IMG/VR virus record: IMGVR_UViG_3300021139_000004
Origin: an uncultured virus (IMG/VR IMGVR_UViG_3300021139_000004)
Lineage: Duplodnaviria; Heunggongvirae; Uroviricota; Caudoviricetes
Length of the DNA: 64,000 nt
Direction: 5' to 3' (one strand)
A program made the position numbers and the translations under genes. Below, one piece after another: positions 49,456-55,969 of this stretch (position 1 is its first letter; each line of letters opens with the position of its first letter). The notes beneath the pieces are model-generated. The model was not told where the DNA came from, did no database searches, and saw only the letters and a program-made list of their open reading frames with translations.

Positions 49456-50088
49456 ATGGTTGATACACTGACACAGCTACAATATTTTTCTAGTCATGTG
49501 TATAAAATTGAAAAACCAGAGTTCTTAGATGCTGTCAAACAGATAGCTAATAAAGAATTATGGAAATTAAAAGTTACCGATAAGATGGATCCAGTGATTC
49601 AAACATCGACTTTGAATGATCCTACTTTAGATGATTTTGGTAGTTACATAGCTCAGACTTCATGGAATATCCTCAATGAACAGGGATATGCCATGAATAA
49701 TTATAACACTATGATAAGCGAATTATGGGCACAACAGTTCAACATGTATGGACATCATGATGAACACATTCATAGTGGTGGATCACAAATATCTGGATTT
49801 TATTTTTTAGAAGTACCGAAAAATAGTAGTCGAGTTATTTTTCATGATCCCAATCATTCAAAACGACAGATCAGTCTGCTTGAAAGAGACGATAGAGTAA
49901 TTACTCCAGCTTCGATAGCATTGAATTATGAAGTAAAACCGGGTGAACTTTTTCTGTTCAATTCTTGGTTGCCTCATAGTTTTGTACCTAATGCATCTTC
50001 TTTGCCATTCAAATTCATTCACTTCAATGTCATAACGATTCCCGCACATAATCATCATGTGTGTCAACCCGCAGCTGAAGTGATATGA
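49456..50088 (+). CDS. 2OG-Fe(II) oxygenase-like protein (TIGR02466 type)
   Basis: HIH, SGFYFL, FHDP, FNSWLPH. Confidence 0.8.
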   Translation: MVDTLTQLQYFSSHVYKIEKPEFLDAVKQIANKELWKLKVTDKMDPVIQTSTLNDPTLDDFGSYIAQTSWNILNEQGYAMNNYNTMISELWAQQFNMYGHHDEHIHSGGSQISGFYFLEVPKNSSRVIFHDPNHSKRQISLLERDDRVITPASIALNYEVKPGELFLFNSWLPHSFVPNASSLPFKFIHFNVITIPAHNHHVCQPAAEVI

Positions 50089-50306
50089 AAAAATATCTCA
50101 TTCGATTCAATCAGACTAAGGGACAACAGGGAAGAGGCACACACGAGCACGCGTGGCGTGTTTTTGAAGGAGAGAAGGAATATCTCTTTAAGCACTTGAA
50201 GATCGAAGTCCCGGTGGATGATGAACAGACCGGCGATGTCTGGAACATCCGATGCTACGGCACCTTGACAATAGACAGGGTCACGAGCACGGCAATAATA
50301 ACATAA
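50085..50306 (+). CDS. Hypothetical protein
   Basis: 73 aa, ATGA overlap. Confidence 0.65.
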   Translation: MKKYLIRFNQTKGQQGRGTHEHAWRVFEGEKEYLFKHLKIEVPVDDEQTGDVWNIRCYGTLTIDRVTSTAIIT

Positions 50307-50370
50307 CCATAACAAACTGTGACATTTTTATCACACGTCTTGGTATCTTATTGCCAAGATGCGTTTTTTT

Positions 50371-50399
50371 GTGTACTTACTCGGCAGGCTTGATATAAT
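50371..50399 (+). promoter_or_regulatory. Early promoter GTGTAC...TATAAT
   Basis: Same motif family as 30167, 52031, 52629, 61825, 63483. Confidence 0.6.
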
Positions 50400-50451
50400 A
50401 GGATCATCAAATGGGGAATGGCTCCCTGGGAAACAACAGGAACTTGGCAAT

Positions 50452-50559
50452 ATGACTTCTAGTGACATCTTCTTAGCTTTATCACCCTTCTTGGCTTTGG
50501 TAACCGTGATGGCTATAGGCTTTGGTTTTGCACACTACTTTGACGTGAAAGGTCAGTAA
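50452..50559 (+). CDS. Small membrane protein
   Basis: 35 aa with one hydrophobic helix, RBS AGGA. Confidence 0.5.
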   Translation: MTSSDIFLALSPFLALVTVMAIGFGFAHYFDVKGQ

Positions 50560-50560
50560 T

Positions 50561-50779
50561 ATGATGGAATTCAGCAACTTCGAAGCTTCACATGAAGCAC
50601 TCATCAACGCTAGCATTATACCTACAGAAATTGAATGGGCTGGCGGTACTTTGTTTCTTACATGCACTGAACCAGAAGCACGTAAGATGTATCACTTATT
50701 TACAATGATGCACGGCGTTGGCAACGTTATTGTGAATCGTTTGCTTGGTACTGACGAATACGCTTTTGACTTTGTATAG
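50561..50779 (+). CDS. Hypothetical early protein
   Basis: ORF with RBS AAAGG. Confidence 0.6.
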   Translation: MMEFSNFEASHEALINASIIPTEIEWAGGTLFLTCTEPEARKMYHLFTMMHGVGNVIVNRLLGTDEYAFDFV

Positions 50780-50789
50780 GATGTTTGAT

Positions 50790-50975
50790 ATGAATAAGCC
50801 AAGGTATATGGATTGCGTTAATGTTGCGCAAGAAATTCGTAACATTTTGCTAAATGCGAAAGAGTTTGGCTATTCAAAGTCAGACTTAGAAATTGAGATT
50901 GAAGAACTTGCAGATAAGATAGATGATGATCACTGCGAGTATATGACTCAGCTTTATGTTAAAGAAGAGGTTTGA
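50790..50975 (+). CDS. Hypothetical early protein
   Basis: ORF with RBS AGGA. Confidence 0.55.
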   Translation: MNKPRYMDCVNVAQEIRNILLNAKEFGYSKSDLEIEIEELADKIDDDHCEYMTQLYVKEEV

Positions 50976-50976
50976 T

Positions 50977-51252
50977 ATGATTATAGATGAGTATGACTTT
51001 GAGAAAACAGCTCAAGCTGTCTTTATTATGAATCCTTCGGCTCAAGAGCTCTATAGCGATTGGCAAGAACTACGCTCTTTCATGGTTTCGATGGCGTATC
51101 GTAATGGTGACAAAACAACATCTTTCAGTACTGGTGGGTTTCAGCTGACCTTCTTCAAAGATAGTGATGGCGAGAATCACTGTCGTGCTTCGGTCTGTGG
51201 TTCAGTAGCTTTGCAATATGCTGAGAAACATTGGGATTTTGCAAAGAACTAG
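50977..51252 (+). CDS. Hypothetical early protein
   Basis: ORF with RBS GAGG. Confidence 0.6.
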   Translation: MIIDEYDFEKTAQAVFIMNPSAQELYSDWQELRSFMVSMAYRNGDKTTSFSTGGFQLTFFKDSDGENHCRASVCGSVALQYAEKHWDFAKN

Positions 51253-51253
51253 A

Positions 51254-51535
51254 ATGGTATGCGCAATGAACAAAAGACAACTTACACTCAAGAACATGAT
51301 TGACTCTGGTATCATTCCTACAGTGGTTGATACTACGTCAATTTGGAAACAAGATGAAGATGAGATCCCCTTTCATTGGGGCGATATCGAAGTCATTGGT
51401 TACGGTAAAACATTCCGTGAAGGCAATAAAGACGGAGATGTTATTGATGTTCATCGTCAATACACTGGACCTAATAAGATCAATCTTGAAGGTACGGGCG
51501 AGATGACTAGAGGAATGTGGAGCAGGAGAGACTGA
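51254..51535 (+). CDS. Hypothetical early protein
   Basis: Tightly packed ORF. Confidence 0.55.
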   Translation: MVCAMNKRQLTLKNMIDSGIIPTVVDTTSIWKQDEDEIPFHWGDIEVIGYGKTFREGNKDGDVIDVHRQYTGPNKINLEGTGEMTRGMWSRRD

Positions 51536-51536
51536 T

Positions 51537-51866
51537 ATGAGATATTCGACTAACTATCGTGTTACAGTACAAAATCTCAATGATCCTCTAATTAGTAAGC
51601 TCAAGCTTCTTACTAAGATCTTGAATGCTAAACAGAAGGTCGACGAACTCGAAGGTAAAGTCAAGTTTTCGTATTGGGGTAAAACCAAGTATGCCAAGCG
51701 CTTTCGTTTCGTCATTCGTGGTAGACTCGGTAAAAACAACCCTCATGCACATCTTTATCGATACGGTGGACCTCTATATCGTCGTTGCGCTCAAGACATT
51801 CGTCTAGAACACTCGCAGCGCTACGATCTGTATATTCAGGACTATATGCAACCTTTGAAAGGTTAA
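51537..51866 (+). CDS. Hypothetical basic protein
   Basis: RBS AGGAG. Confidence 0.6.
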   Translation: MRYSTNYRVTVQNLNDPLISKLKLLTKILNAKQKVDELEGKVKFSYWGKTKYAKRFRFVIRGRLGKNNPHAHLYRYGGPLYRRCAQDIRLEHSQRYDLYIQDYMQPLKG

Positions 51867-51869
51867 GCT

Positions 51870-52058
51870 ATGAATACCCTTATAGAATCTCTAGTCGTAC
51901 GTTACGAGCGCTCTGTAAAGTTACTCGAAGCTTACAACCAAGATATTGATAACCTGTCTCTTCTTGAGAAAGGTTATGCTCAAGGCATACGTGAAGAAGT
52001 TCAATTTCTTGAGCGCCTGTTAGATAGCTATGTACAAAAGCCTTTAGAGGCGGTATAA
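51870..52058 (+). CDS. Hypothetical protein
   Basis: RBS AAAGG. Confidence 0.55.
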   Translation: MNTLIESLVVRYERSVKLLEAYNQDIDNLSLLEKGYAQGIREEVQFLERLLDSYVQKPLEAV

Positions 52059-52059
52059 T
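52031..52059 (+). promoter_or_regulatory. Early promoter TGTACA-N17-TATAAT
   Basis: Motif read directly. Confidence 0.65.
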
Positions 52060-52080
52060 AATATCAAATCGGAGTTTGCC

Positions 52081-52440
52081 ATGACTATGCATCTGTTACC
52101 AGCCTTTGTCACGACAACGAATACAAATCAGAGAAAGGCCAAGCCTAAGCAGCTTGACCAGCACGATGTATGGCTGCTTAAGCGTGGTCTGCATCCAGAA
52201 CAGATTCGTCTCAAAAAGATCGGCGATCCTAACTGGAAACAGGCATACGTAGAATCTTTGTGTGTCGATCGATCTAACTATCAGTCAGCAGGCATTGGTA
52301 CTGGTAGTACGCCACGTCAGGAACCAAAAGTGTACAGCGGTGAACGCAAGCTTCTGGGTATTGCTACGATGCACAAGTCCAACATGGTGCCTGTGTTTGC
52401 TAAGCAAGACGCCGAAGATATCGCTAAGATGCGGAGATAA
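52081..52440 (+). CDS. Conserved phage hypothetical protein
   Basis: C-terminal GIATMHKSNMVPVF...DIAKMRR; RBS GGAG. Confidence 0.7.
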   Translation: MTMHLLPAFVTTTNTNQRKAKPKQLDQHDVWLLKRGLHPEQIRLKKIGDPNWKQAYVESLCVDRSNYQSAGIGTGSTPRQEPKVYSGERKLLGIATMHKSNMVPVFAKQDAEDIAKMRR

Positions 52441-52442
52441 CG

Positions 52443-52619
52443 ATGCAACAGATCGAGATCCAAGCACAAGACAAGTCTGGTGTGTGGAGAACTTACCACA
52501 TTACCATGAACGATACACAACGAATTCTTAGTGAGATGAAGTCGCTTCAGTCTCGCTATCCGGAGTTTCGTATCCGAGCCGTTGAACAGGGTACGAATCG
52601 AGTCGTAGACATTCTTTGA
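52443..52619 (+). CDS. Hypothetical protein, 58 aa (not in ORF track)
   Basis: MQQIEIQAQDKSGVWRTY...RVVDIL*, RBS GGAG. Confidence 0.6.
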   Translation: MQQIEIQAQDKSGVWRTYHITMNDTQRILSEMKSLQSRYPEFRIRAVEQGTNRVVDIL

Positions 52620-52628
52620 AAAAAGCGG

Positions 52629-52657
52629 TGTACAACGACACCACAAAGTGGTATTAT
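52629..52657 (+). promoter_or_regulatory. Early promoter TGTACA-N17-TATTAT
   Basis: Motif read directly. Confidence 0.6.
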
Positions 52658-52709
52658 ATAGAAATTGGTAATACACCAATCTGAAATCAAAACATGGAGA
52701 AGTGAATAC

Positions 52710-52961
52710 ATGACTAATACTAAGACACAAGCACTCGTCGAGGCTTTCAAGTCCGGCAAGGAACTTACTGCTGACCAGATTTCTACTAAGTTCGGTCTCA
52801 GCAATCCTACTGCTTCGATCACTGGCCTTCGTAAGGCTGGCTATGCGATCTATCTCAACAACCGTAATGGCGTTGCGAAGTATCGTCTTGGTACACCTAC
52901 ACGTAAGATGATCGCTGCTGGTTACGCAGCTCTCGGTGCTGAAGGCGCTGGACTCGTTTAA
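52710..52961 (+). CDS. Small winged-HTH DNA-binding protein
   Basis: LTADQI..KFG..NPTASIT.LRK.GY.I; RBS GGAG. Confidence 0.65.
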   Translation: MTNTKTQALVEAFKSGKELTADQISTKFGLSNPTASITGLRKAGYAIYLNNRNGVAKYRLGTPTRKMIAAGYAALGAEGAGLV

Positions 52962-52969
52962 ATAAATTC

Positions 52970-53025
52970 GCGAGAGAGAAGAAAAAACTTCTCTCTCGCA
53001 TAAATAACACGCTGTTTGAAATAGT
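52970..53025 (+). promoter_or_regulatory. tRNA-operon leader: 12-bp hairpin, CATAAATA, boxA-like GCTGTTTGAAA
   Basis: GCGAGAGAGAAG/CTTCTCTCTCGC inverted repeat; boxA-like motif at 53011-53021. Confidence 0.5.
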
Positions 53026-53322
53026 TAATGAGACGCTTCGGCGTCTTTATTAGTCTACGCTAGACGTAGATAATGAAGGCGTAGTCGTGTCTCTTCATGG
53101 ATACATCAGAGCCCGAAGTGTGCGCGCAATTCTAAGCACGGAGGTAGGCTCATCAATATACTGCTATAGACCGGATGATGCAGTTGAGAGCGGCTAGACA
53201 GCTGGTGTATCTCTGAAGAGATAACATCTCTACGTTGATCGTGGCAGTATGGCACTGCCGGTGTAGCGCCCGCGGAGATGGCGGGAGAGCAGGTGAGCAA
53301 TCACCCAACAGAACAAATGCCA
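53026..53322 (+). ncRNA. Large structured non-coding segment of unknown class
   Basis: Multiple hairpins including C(UUCG)G and GCAA tetraloops; no credible ORF. Confidence 0.55.
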
Positions 53323-53329
53323 GATATAT

Positions 53330-53413
53330 GGAGGTATGCGAGCAAGGTGCTCAAACGGTCTTGAAAACCGTGCCACCGCAAGGTTGATGGTTCGATTCCT
53401 TGTACCTCCGCCA
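53330..53413 (+). tRNA. tRNA-Ser(UGA)
   Basis: Cloverleaf, long variable arm, CCA. Confidence 0.9.
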
Positions 53414-53417
53414 ATAC

Positions 53418-53493
53418 GGACCGTTAGCTCAGTCGGTAGAGCAGGAGACTCTTAATCTCTTTGTCGCAAGTTCGATCCTTGCACGGTCTACCA
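53418..53493 (+). tRNA. tRNA-Lys(CUU)
   Basis: Cloverleaf, CCA. Confidence 0.95.
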
Positions 53494-53498
53494 TATAA

Positions 53499-53575
53499 TG
53501 GCGCATAGCTCAGTTGATTAGAGCACACGACTGATAATCGTGAGGTCGATGGTTTGAGTCCATCTGCGCCAACCA
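53499..53575 (+). tRNA. tRNA-Ile(GAU)
   Basis: Cloverleaf, CCA. Confidence 0.92.
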
Positions 53576-53577
53576 AT

Positions 53578-53653
53578 GCTGTCTTGGTGAAGGTGGTCCT
53601 CACGCTAGTCTGAAGAACTAGAGAACTCTGATCGTAACAGAGAGACAGCACCA
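53578..53653 (+). tRNA. tRNA-Phe(GAA), atypical T-loop
   Basis: All four stems pair; T-loop ATCGTAA; CCA. Confidence 0.85.
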
Positions 53654-53661
53654 TAGTTTAT

Positions 53662-53737
53662 TTCCCGATAGCTCAGTTGGTAGAGCAAGCGATTGTTAAT
53701 CGCTCGGTCCGTGGTTCGAGCCCACGTCGGGAAGCCA
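53662..53737 (+). tRNA. tRNA-Asn(GUU)
   Basis: Cloverleaf, CCA. Confidence 0.95.
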
Positions 53738-53740
53738 TTT

Positions 53741-53801
53741 CGGGAGTGTTTGGATGGAAACACCAAACAGTAATCAGAGGTCACACTCTGACTCCCGCCC
53801 A
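53741..53801 (+). ncRNA. 61-nt tRNA-like mini-RNA ending NCCA
   Basis: 7-bp CGGGAGT/ACTCCCG stem plus C-CCA; two internal hairpins. Confidence 0.55.
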
Positions 53802-53805
53802 GTTT

Positions 53806-53880
53806 GGTCCGTTAGCTCAGTGGAAGAGCAACTCCTTTACACGGAGAAGGTCGGCAGTTCAACCCTGTCACGGACTACCA
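53806..53880 (+). tRNA. tRNA-Val(UAC)
   Basis: Cloverleaf, CCA. Confidence 0.92.
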
Positions 53881-53884
53881 TATT

Positions 53885-53973
53885 GTGATGTGTCTGGTCC
53901 CAGTCGCCTGGAATGGGATAAAAGTTTGTAGCGAAAGTTGCCCTCTACAAAGGGACGTTGCCAGACACATCAC
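53885..53973 (+). ncRNA. Structured RNA of unknown class
   Basis: Perfect 13-bp closing stem GTGATGTGTCTGG/CCAGACACATCAC with two internal hairpins. Confidence 0.6.
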
Positions 53974-53982
53974 TATCATATT

Positions 53983-54058
53983 GGGGGCGTAGCTCAGTTG
54001 AGAGAGCGGTTGCTTTGCAAGCATCAGGTCGTCGGTTTGATCCCGTCCGTCTCCACCA
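53983..54058 (+). tRNA. tRNA-Ala(UGC)
   Basis: Cloverleaf, G3:U70, CCA. Confidence 0.93.
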
Positions 54059-54059
54059 A

Positions 54060-54158
54060 GTAAGGTTGTGGGTGTCAGTTTATCTGACTAGCCTTACAAA
54101 AACCCTCAAGGATAGTCGCTTAATAGACTCGCGGGATACCACGGTCAGTATCCCACCA
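54060..54158 (+). ncRNA. Structured RNA, possible pseudoknot, ending ACCA
   Basis: GTAAGG/CCTTAC, GTCAG/CTGAC, GGGATAC/GTATCCC stems. Confidence 0.5.
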
Positions 54159-54164
54159 TTATTC

Positions 54165-54240
54165 GCCCGTATAGCTCATCTGGTAGAGCAGTTGATTTGT
54201 AATCAACAGGTGGTGGGTTCGAGTCCTGCTGCGGGCACCA
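54165..54240 (+). tRNA. tRNA-Thr(UGU)
   Basis: Cloverleaf, CCA. Confidence 0.95.
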
Positions 54241-54246
54241 TTTTAT

Positions 54247-54320
54247 AGCGCGGTAGAGTAACAGTAATTCACTAGCCTCATAAGCTAGAGATGGGGGTGC
54301 AATTCCCTCCTGCGCAACCA
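54247..54320 (+). tRNA. tRNA-Met(CAU), initiator-like
   Basis: 1:72 mismatch, A11:U24; lacks the three G:C anticodon-stem pairs. Confidence 0.85.
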
Positions 54321-54323
54321 GTT

Positions 54324-54446
54324 TCGATGAGCAGTGTTGTGATGCGGCTAGATTCACTGAGGTGTTCTAGCGAGGTCGGGGAAGCAGAGCTTCATAACCT
54401 TGGTAACCCGAACGCTGAAAAGGATAGCGCTGTCCGTCCTCATCGA
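54324..54446 (+). ncRNA. Structured RNA of unknown class
   Basis: TCGATGAG/CTCATCGA closing stem then T run; several internal stems. Confidence 0.55.
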
Positions 54447-54455
54447 TTTTTTTCT

Positions 54456-54531
54456 GGCTCGTTAGTTCAGTTGGTAGAATACTCGCCTGTCACGCGAGAG
54501 GTCAGGGATTCGAGCTCCCTACGAGTCGCCA
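54456..54531 (+). tRNA. tRNA-Asp(GUC)
   Basis: Cloverleaf, CCA. Confidence 0.93.
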
Positions 54532-54537
54532 TATTAT

Positions 54538-54611
54538 TGGGGATTAGTTAAGTGGTATAACAGCGGACTCTGACTCCGTTATCCGAGGTTCGAATCCTTG
54601 ATCCCCAGCCA
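54538..54611 (+). tRNA. tRNA-Gln(CUG)
   Basis: Cloverleaf, CCA. Confidence 0.93.
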
Positions 54612-54628
54612 ATTAAAGGATTTGCAAT

Positions 54629-54835
54629 ATGACTGACGTAATCGTTCAATATAATTATGATATGAAACAACATACTCGTGTTGTTCGTAATGTTGATACT
54701 GTTAATGACGTGTTTGATTTGTTTGAACACAATTATCCAGAATATCGCATCTATCGTATTATGGAAATGGATACAACCATATGGTATGGTCAACCAACTC
54801 CTAGTGATCCAAGAATAGAATATATTGGTGCATGA
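54629..54835 (+). CDS. Small hypothetical protein within the tRNA cluster
   Basis: AT-rich 68-aa ORF with RBS AAAGGA; stop lies in the tRNA-Cys 5' end. Confidence 0.55.
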   Translation: MTDVIVQYNYDMKQHTRVVRNVDTVNDVFDLFEHNYPEYRIYRIMEMDTTIWYGQPTPSDPRIEYIGA

Positions 54836-54901
54836 GTCAGATGGTAAGTCGCAGGTCTGCAAAACCTTGAGAACCCAGTTCGATTCTGGGATGCACCTCC
54901 A
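54827..54901 (+). tRNA. tRNA-Cys(GCA)
   Basis: Cloverleaf, U73, CCA. Confidence 0.9.
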
Positions 54902-55023
54902 AAGCTCGAGATGATGGTAGATACCGTGGACCACTGTTATTAGTGCACGACCTGTCAGGGGCGTGGTTCCGGTCACAATTCTATCTCATTTGCGCCCAAT
55001 ATCTGTGCGGGTGATCAATTTTA

Positions 55024-55098
55024 GCGGGTATAGCACAGCGGTAGTGCGTCACGTTGCCAACGTGAAGGTCGTCGGTTCGATCCCGACTACCCGCTCCA
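55024..55098 (+). tRNA. tRNA-Gly(GCC)
   Basis: Cloverleaf, U73, CCA. Confidence 0.95.
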
Positions 55099-55175
55099 GT
55101 TCCGATAGCTCAACTGAATAGAGCACTGGTCTACGAAACCAGAGGCTGAAGGTTTGAATCCTTCTCGGAACACCA
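55099..55175 (+). tRNA. tRNA-Arg(ACG)
   Basis: Cloverleaf, CCA; no spacer from the previous tRNA. Confidence 0.92.
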
Positions 55176-55179
55176 ATAT

Positions 55180-55254
55180 TCGGATGTAGCTCAGTGGTAG
55201 AGCTTCTGCCTTCCAAGCAGAATGTCGTGGGTTCGACCCCCATCGTCCGCTCCA
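55180..55254 (+). tRNA. tRNA-Gly(UCC)
   Basis: Cloverleaf, U1:C72 mismatch, CCA. Confidence 0.9.
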
Positions 55255-55259
55255 ATAAT

Positions 55260-55336
55260 GCCCGAGTAGTCCAATTGGCAGAGGCGTCCGCCTTAGAAGC
55301 GGAATGTTGGGGGTTCAAATCCCTCCTCGGGCACCA
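55260..55336 (+). tRNA. tRNA-Leu(UAG), short variable loop
   Basis: Cloverleaf of 77 nt, CCA. Confidence 0.88.
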
Positions 55337-55337
55337 T

Positions 55338-55413
55338 GCTACCTTAGTGTAATTGGTAAGCACCCGAGTTTGTGGTACTCGGAGTTCTAGTTCGAATCTA
55401 GGAGGTAGTACCA
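55338..55413 (+). tRNA. tRNA-His(GUG), A73 and no encoded G-1
   Basis: Cloverleaf GCTACCT/AGGTAGT-A-CCA. Confidence 0.9.
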
Positions 55414-55419
55414 AAGTTT

Positions 55420-55510
55420 AGGAAGGCTGCAGAGACGGTGGTTCTGCGACAGACTGTAAATCTGTTCCCTAAGGGTAACACTGGGGGTTCGAATCCCTCC
55501 CTTCCTACCA
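55420..55510 (+). tRNA. tRNA-Tyr(GUA)
   Basis: Cloverleaf, long variable arm, CCA. Confidence 0.88.
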
Positions 55511-55514
55511 ATTC

Positions 55515-55590
55515 GCCGATGTAGCTCAGCGGTAGAGCGAATCGCCTCATACGCGACAGGTCGCTGGTTCAAATCCAGCTTTCGGCACCA
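55515..55590 (+). tRNA. tRNA with CAU anticodon (elongator Met or Ile2)
   Basis: Cloverleaf, CCA. Confidence 0.9.
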
Positions 55591-55748
55591 TTGATGAACC
55601 ACAAGACACAAAAATACTGAAAGGGAATTGGTTACCTGAGTAGAGTATCTGGAAGACTTGTGCCTTCGGGTTTGATCTAACCAGTCAAGTTCGTACGTCG
55701 AAGGGCGCTGTAGTCGAGCAGCAGGCAAGGTGTGGAGAACACCATCGA
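55591..55748 (+). ncRNA. Structured RNA of unknown class, possible loop-loop pseudoknot
   Basis: CACAAG/CTTGTG, CCTTCG/CGAAGG, GCTGT/GCAGC, GGTGT/ACACC stems; TGGTTA/TAACCA. Confidence 0.55.
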
Positions 55749-55758
55749 CAACTATTAT

Positions 55759-55835
55759 CGGAGATTAGCGCAGTCTGGTAGCGCATCTGCTTTGGGAGCA
55801 GAGGGTCGCAAGTTCGAATCTTGCATCTCCGACCA
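55759..55835 (+). tRNA. tRNA-Pro(UGG)
   Basis: Cloverleaf, CCA. Confidence 0.96.
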
Positions 55836-55849
55836 TCATAGGAGTATGC

Positions 55850-55966
55850 ATGAAATGGTACGATAAATATACTATGATCATCGATAATATCAACAAGTTG
55901 ATATGGCTATCTTTGATGATTCACTGGATTTTGACTGATATTAAATTAACGGATCTTGTAAAGTAG
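55850..55966 (+). CDS. Possible 38-aa hydrophobic peptide
   Basis: RBS AGGAG; MKWYDKYTMII...LVK*. Confidence 0.35.
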   Translation: MKWYDKYTMIIDNINKLIWLSLMIHWILTDIKLTDLVK

Positions 55967-55969
55967 AAC

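Noticed and set aside
53026..53322. RNase P RNA or tmRNA
   Set aside because: AACAGAA occurs near the 3' end, but the GAGGAAAGUCC motif, a tRNA-Ala-like domain and a tag ORF were not found
55260..55336. Amber suppressor tRNA / genetic-code reassignment
   Set aside because: Anticodon UAG reads CUA (Leu); core genes are intact under the standard code and all three stops are used
53106..55728. ORF-track entries overlapping the tRNA cluster (e.g. 53424-53654, 53958-54248, 55049-55414)
   Set aside because: They translate tRNA or ncRNA sequence and are not credible proteins
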